From assembly GCA_964016885.1 (NCBI GenBank), contig OZ024742.1, positions 278,132,001-278,196,000 of the forward strand: 64,000 nucleotides of DNA, written 5' to 3'. The position numbers were made by a program, and so were the translations under genes. The notes under the pieces were generated by a model. The model made no database searches. It was not told the origin of the DNA and saw only the letters and a list, made by a program, of their open reading frames with translations. Shown here piece by piece: positions 56,205 to 64,000 of the stretch. The stretch is from Eledone cirrhosa (Eukaryota). Positions within the stretch are counted from its first letter, which is position 1; every line of letters begins with the position of its first letter.

Positions 56205-56514
56205 GTGTATATGTATGAATGTAAAAATAATGCAAAGTTTAATATCCTATAATACCACTGGCATAGATTTAAGTGAATTCTCAATATCTGATACAGAAAA
56301 GTAAATATATAATACTCTAAAAATTTCTAACTGGCAAGCCACTCAACGTATAAAATACGATATATGGATATGTGGATAGGTGGAGTGGTTCGCTGTATGG
56401 GTAGGATCTCTTAACTAGTTTGTTTACGATAGGATTTTATACAAACGCTTCTCTTTATATACAAGTATACCTACCTACATACATACATGCAAACACACAT
56501 ACATACACACACAG

Positions 56515-56545
<31 letters not shown>

Positions 56546-56833
56546 TACATATATATATATATACATAACATATATATATACCATACGAGTTGTGTATATG
56601 TTTCAATAGGTGCATGTAACCATATGGTATACATGAACATACACAAATACACTGTATATATTATATATATATTGTATATTTCCATTCATACAAATATCTG
56701 TAAAAGAGTAGAAACAGTAGTATTGTTAGAAACTAAGCTTCAGCAGAAATCACATCAAGAAATATCTTTTTATTCTTTCAATTGAAATTTAGGTTTGATT
56801 GAAATGACATTAAAATTCGTGCAAATACTCATG

Positions 56834-56868
<35 letters not shown>

Positions 56869-56888
56869 ATATATATATATATATATAA

Positions 56889-56960
<72 letters not shown>

Positions 56961-56980
56961 TTATATACATATATTATATC

Positions 56981-57033
<53 letters not shown>

Positions 57034-57261
57034 GTTGTTGTGGGGGGGAGGTACGTGTGTGTGTATTTACTCACTCAAACGTATATACTTAAATATACAC
57101 GTATACATACAAACATACACGCAGAAAGGCACGTACTCACACATACATAAAAAGACGCATACATTCATGTTTTAACTGGTATATAGATTTGACATGCAAT
57201 TACATACAAACTTTCTATGTCTATTAAACCATACACCTGTCTCTCTATTTATGCAATCAAC

Positions 57262-57303
57262 TATTTGTCCCCTTCTTTTGTGCCCCTGTGGCTAATAAAG
57301 AAA
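57262..57303 (+). mobile_element. Tx1 extreme 3'-end mini-copy F (42 bp) followed by (TATC)n
   Basis: tatttgtccccttcttttgtgcccctgtggctaataaagaaa-tatatctatctatc. Confidence 0.88.
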
Positions 57304-57305
57304 TA

Positions 57306-57371
<66 letters not shown>

Positions 57372-57566
57372 GCTATCCTCCTATCCATCTATATACCTCT
57401 CTACCTATCTACCTATATACACGCATATACATTCAGTTATCTATAGGTTAGATGATAATTCCAAGCAATGTGTGTAATAGTGAAGCTGTAAATTACGTAA
57501 TCTTTATTTGTGTACATGTGTGTGTTTGTCCGTGAGTGATTGTGCACGTGAGTGCATGTATGTGTG

Positions 57567-57612
<46 letters not shown>

Positions 57613-57617
57613 CATGT

Positions 57618-57666
<49 letters not shown>

Positions 57667-59761
57667 TGTATGCGTTTTCCGTGTTTGCCAACCTAAGCAA
57701 TAAATCCCAGGATGTTGGAGGTGAAACTATAAAAAAAATTCTAATTGAGGTTTCATAAAACTAAATATCTGTTATCGATAAATTATATTTAAATATCTAA
57801 ATCTTATTATGCTGCTGACTATAACGCAACATTCAGTTCGTGGCATGTGTTTCAGACCATATAGCTGTGTGTGTGTGTGTGTGTTTGTCTGTCTGTGTGT
57901 ATGTATATGTGTGTATGTATACATTTGTATAGTGCAGGTGCACATCTGATGTGTATATTAGATTATATATATATATATTATATATATATATATTGCAGAA
58001 GATAAGTTGCCTATATGTGGCTGTTACGTTGTAACTTGATGAGGATAAGCCGGGTCCGAGCGATCCAAAAGCGCTTCACGTCAGTACTCTATTCCAGGGA
58101 AGAGTTGGGGATTGGGTGTGGCGGAGTATTCATTTATCAAATAAGTGTAGTTAAGACGGAGTCACCTCACCATAATTGCTTTATTGCATGATATATATTT
58201 TTGTTACATGCTTATGCATGGGACGTCATCAGAAGCTTATACAATCTTTGATGTAGTTATGCAATCATGTCACTGGTCATGTATTACCATCCAGTTGTGA
58301 TGCCAGCATACATGAATCTCTTTTCTTATTAAGTTCTAGTAGTATATATATATGTATCAGTCTCAGGATTGGTTGAGTTTGTGGTCTCCAGATAAAGTTC
58401 TCATACGTAATTGTTGACAGATCTACTGTTACATCTCAGTCTGTGGTCTATTACTTCAATCGTAGTCTGTAGCTCTCGCTATCCTATCTCCTTTGTCGTT
58501 GGTCAAAGCAACATTTTGTATTCAGGCCGCCGAACACTGGTACTAATAAATCTAGCAAAGAGGACAGGTGCGGCTTGCTTTGATGATGGCGGTATCACCG
58601 CTGTTATTGTCAATGACAACAACGACAACAACAATAACTACACCATTTACAATAATGAAGACGATGATGGTAATGCTAAAAATACTACTACTACCGTTAC
58701 CTACATTATATATATGTCAAACATTAAGTAAATATATATATATATTTGTTTTGCGAGGTTTTTGATATGAAAATAAAACACCATCACTGTTTGCTTTGGA
58801 TTGGTTTTCGCTTCTGTATTTTTTATATCTCCATAGTTAAAATATCTGGCAATCAATGTATTTCTGGTAATATTATAACAATATGACCCTCCCCAAATAT
58901 AACAATATATATATAAAATACAATATATTACTTGTAATAAAAGTGATACTAAATATTCTATTACAAATAGTAAACTATAGACGTAAACAACTATAATCGT
59001 CTTCATTACTGTAAATGGTGCGCGTGTGTGTGTGTGTATGAGGCACATGTGTGTGTCTATGCGTGCGTGTGCGTGTGTGTGTATTTGTGTCTTTATGTCT
59101 TTATGTGCGCTTATAATAATACTCAAAGACACCAAATTGAGTCATCATATTCTCTACAATATAGAGAATGAGTAAATTGTGATAGTAACATATACACTTT
59201 TGACATGGACATTTTGTATTAAAGAGAACTGAGCAGGAATTCATCAAAATATTCTGTCATTCTGCCATTCTGATGAATTTACTTTTGCATCGAAAGCTGA
59301 ATTACAATTTACTTTTGTTAATATGGGAGATCCTTGGTCATTTGTGCAGTAAACAGGACTACAGTCTCTAACAACCAAGCCATCTCATGTTAAAATATCG
59401 TCTCCAAAGCCAGTAGATTCTGTCTTTTCCCATATCCATTGTTCTTCTGAGTACTTATGTAAGAGAGCCCAGAGTCGTACTTGTTGCCGTGTATATATGC
59501 GTGGGTGGGCTTGCCTGCAGTCTTTCAGTAGTATTTTTATTGCGGCCATCATGCCTATATAAATTGATATGTCCCACATTTTGGGCACTTTGACATTCTC
59601 TAACACCTTTACTGGTGGTATTTGGATGGCGTATCTGTTTACTATTGAGCGACTCCCATCACTGTGGCGTGTATCTCCAGTATAACACGGCTGAACATAT
59701 AAAACATTAATCATAAGGTGACGAACCTAAATGAATATGGCAAAGATTTTATCCAATACTG

Positions 59762-60840
<1,079 letters not shown>

Positions 60841-61084
60841 GGTAGTAGTGGAACGTATAACACAGTAGAGCCAGCCAATAGAAATATTTTAATTACGTCT
60901 TATAGATTGGAATTATATGAGAACTTCAATTGATCTTGTAGATAAATAATTGACCTTTTAGAAAAATGGTTTTGGAATTGAAATGGTAAATGTATCGATA
61001 TATTTTATTATTTGTTATATGGATTAAATAAAGACGACAAACATACGTATCTGTTTGTGTGCGTGCAACTATCTGTGTATGTAT

Positions 61085-62430
<1,346 letters not shown>

Positions 62431-62542
62431 TATAGATATATATGTATATATGTATGTGTGTGTAAGAATGTATGCGAAAAGTAAACGGAAAAATACAAAA
62501 GAAGAAGTATAGTGTATATATATATATATATATGTATATATT

Positions 62543-62574
<32 letters not shown>

Positions 62575-62829
62575 CATGTGCATGTGTGCGTGTGTTTGTG
62601 TGTGTGGATACTTTTGTAAACATGATTATACAACTATCATCATCATCATTATTATCGTCATCACCACCACTCCCACCACCACTACCACCACTCCCTCCAC
62701 CACTACCACCACCATCACCACCACCACCCCCTTCGTCGTCATCATCATCATCACAATTTGCAACTTCGTTATTATTCCTGTAGATTTATTACATTTTATC
62801 TTTGTAAAACGGAGAAGCACAGCTGTGTA

Positions 62830-63200
62830 CGCGGTCGGGCTGTAGAGAAAATATCATAAAATATTTACTTACACCATATTACGATCTGATTTCAAATCTC
62901 TCGATGATCGACGCTGCCTTTCATCCTTCCAGGCTCGATACATTCAACCACGAATCAATGCAATCGATTTCCCCTTTCCTTCAAATTGTTGACCTATGTT
63001 AGAAATGATTGAAAATGCAAACATTTTTCTATATACAATGGTTAATATATTTGTTTGTAGTTTAGGCACAAGGCCAACAATTTGGAAGAAAACGAAAGTC
63101 ACTTAAGTCGACCCTGGTATTTCACTGCTTCTATGTTTTATCAACCCAGAAGGAATAAAGGTAATGTTGACCTCGACAGAATTTGAAATCAGAATCTAAA
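62830..63200. mobile_element. Two degenerate family-2 SINEs in opposite orientation
   Basis: gcctttcatccttcc...cgata on + (about 62915) and tttatcaacccagaaggaataaaggtaatgttgacctcg on - (about 63140). Confidence 0.55.
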
Positions 63201-63204
63201 GACC

Positions 63205-63960
63205 CGGAACAAATACCATAAAGCATTTTCGCAGCACTCCACATAAGTCGCCGAGTGTCGCAGCAGGCCACCGAGGTAGGAACTGAAATCCGCCAGCATC
63301 TCCGAATACTGCTCCCTCCGAACAGTGGTGCAAATTGCTGGCGCAAACATCTGCTTGGAATCGACTAGCAGGCGCTCGTCTGGGTCCGTCAAAGATCGAA
63401 TTGTGGTTTTGCTATAACGCTGCACCTCTGCCACTAAGGCTCATTGAACAGCGTTCGTTTCCTCTTTTCATAGGGAATGTGCCTTAGCTCTGACAATGTA
63501 GCATTCGTGGTTCGCTTGGAAGAAATGATCTAGTACCATTATCATAGCTATCACGTCGTTTGCAATGCTACTCCTAATTGCCTCATCTAAATTCGCTATT
63601 AACTACTCCTCCTTTCTATTTTCCTATCGTTACTTATTTACTAAATTCTATCGATTCTAACCTAATCGCTCTCTTGAGAGTATCCCACCAGTTGTTGTTG
63701 ACAACTTCACCTGGAAAGCGAATGAGATCTTGTGGATGTCGTCTGGTTTAACCTGAAGTAGTGCATCTATACATATCCCAGACCAGTTCTCTCTTCGTTT
63801 TCGTTTCATCTTCAGGAGGGTGTTGCTTCCCTCTAGGATGATGTAAGCCAATATCCACCAGGCATTTTTCTGGTGATATTCCGGAAATTTTCATCCTCAC
63901 CATCCTTCTTCCGAGATAAAAATGGTACAAGATATACTTCTCGCTCTGACAGGATCACGG
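63205..63960 (-). mobile_element. Old Tx1-clade LINE fragment (ORF1 piece joined to mid-ORF2)
   Basis: YLGRRMVRMKISGISP resembles the ORF1 segment YMGKRTQKIKIQSITP at about 51450. Downstream TTIRSLTDPDERLL is typical of the post-APE linker. Confidence 0.55.
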
Positions 63961-64000
63961 AGTATTTCACGGCCAGAGTTTGCCTGCAAACTACCTGACC

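Noticed and set aside
59265-59305. CTGATGA...GAAAG
   Set aside because: No pairing for stems I-III.
59385-59714. ORF with VLENVKVPKMWDISI resembling the RLE region of R4-type elements
   Set aside because: The match is too short and degenerate to call.
60906-60985. AG...GTAAAT-bounded candidate exon
   Set aside because: Stops occur in all three frames, and the shorter alternative is only 24 nt and unsupported.

Overview
This is a very AT-rich eukaryotic window packed with microsatellites and transposons. The SINE families and repeat landscape suggest an octopus or other coleoid cephalopod (inference). I cannot support any host gene, and almost all listed ORFs are microsatellite artefacts. 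Real coding remnants are a Penelope-like RT (1-985, -), several Tx1-clade LINE pieces, a CR1 3' end, three RTE fragments, two Tc1/mariner-type transposase remnants, an APE-endonuclease remnant, and a near-intact R4/Dong-type RT+RLE element (32358-35826, -) with a 5'-truncated tandem copy. Two signals stand out. (1) There is a dense set of small type-I hammerhead ribozyme (HHR) motifs of the Penelope-associated minimal kind: nine complete or near-complete plus several halves. They lie in short non-coding inserts between (TA)n runs, often in fold-back pairs. Several have palindromic stem-III loops, and two carry the compensatory U3-A8 core. (2) A Tx1 LINE family repeatedly abuts (TATC)n/GATA microsatellites, while other LINE clades associate with (TTA)n or (GAA)n. 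All calls were made by eye; no alignment, folding or database search was run.
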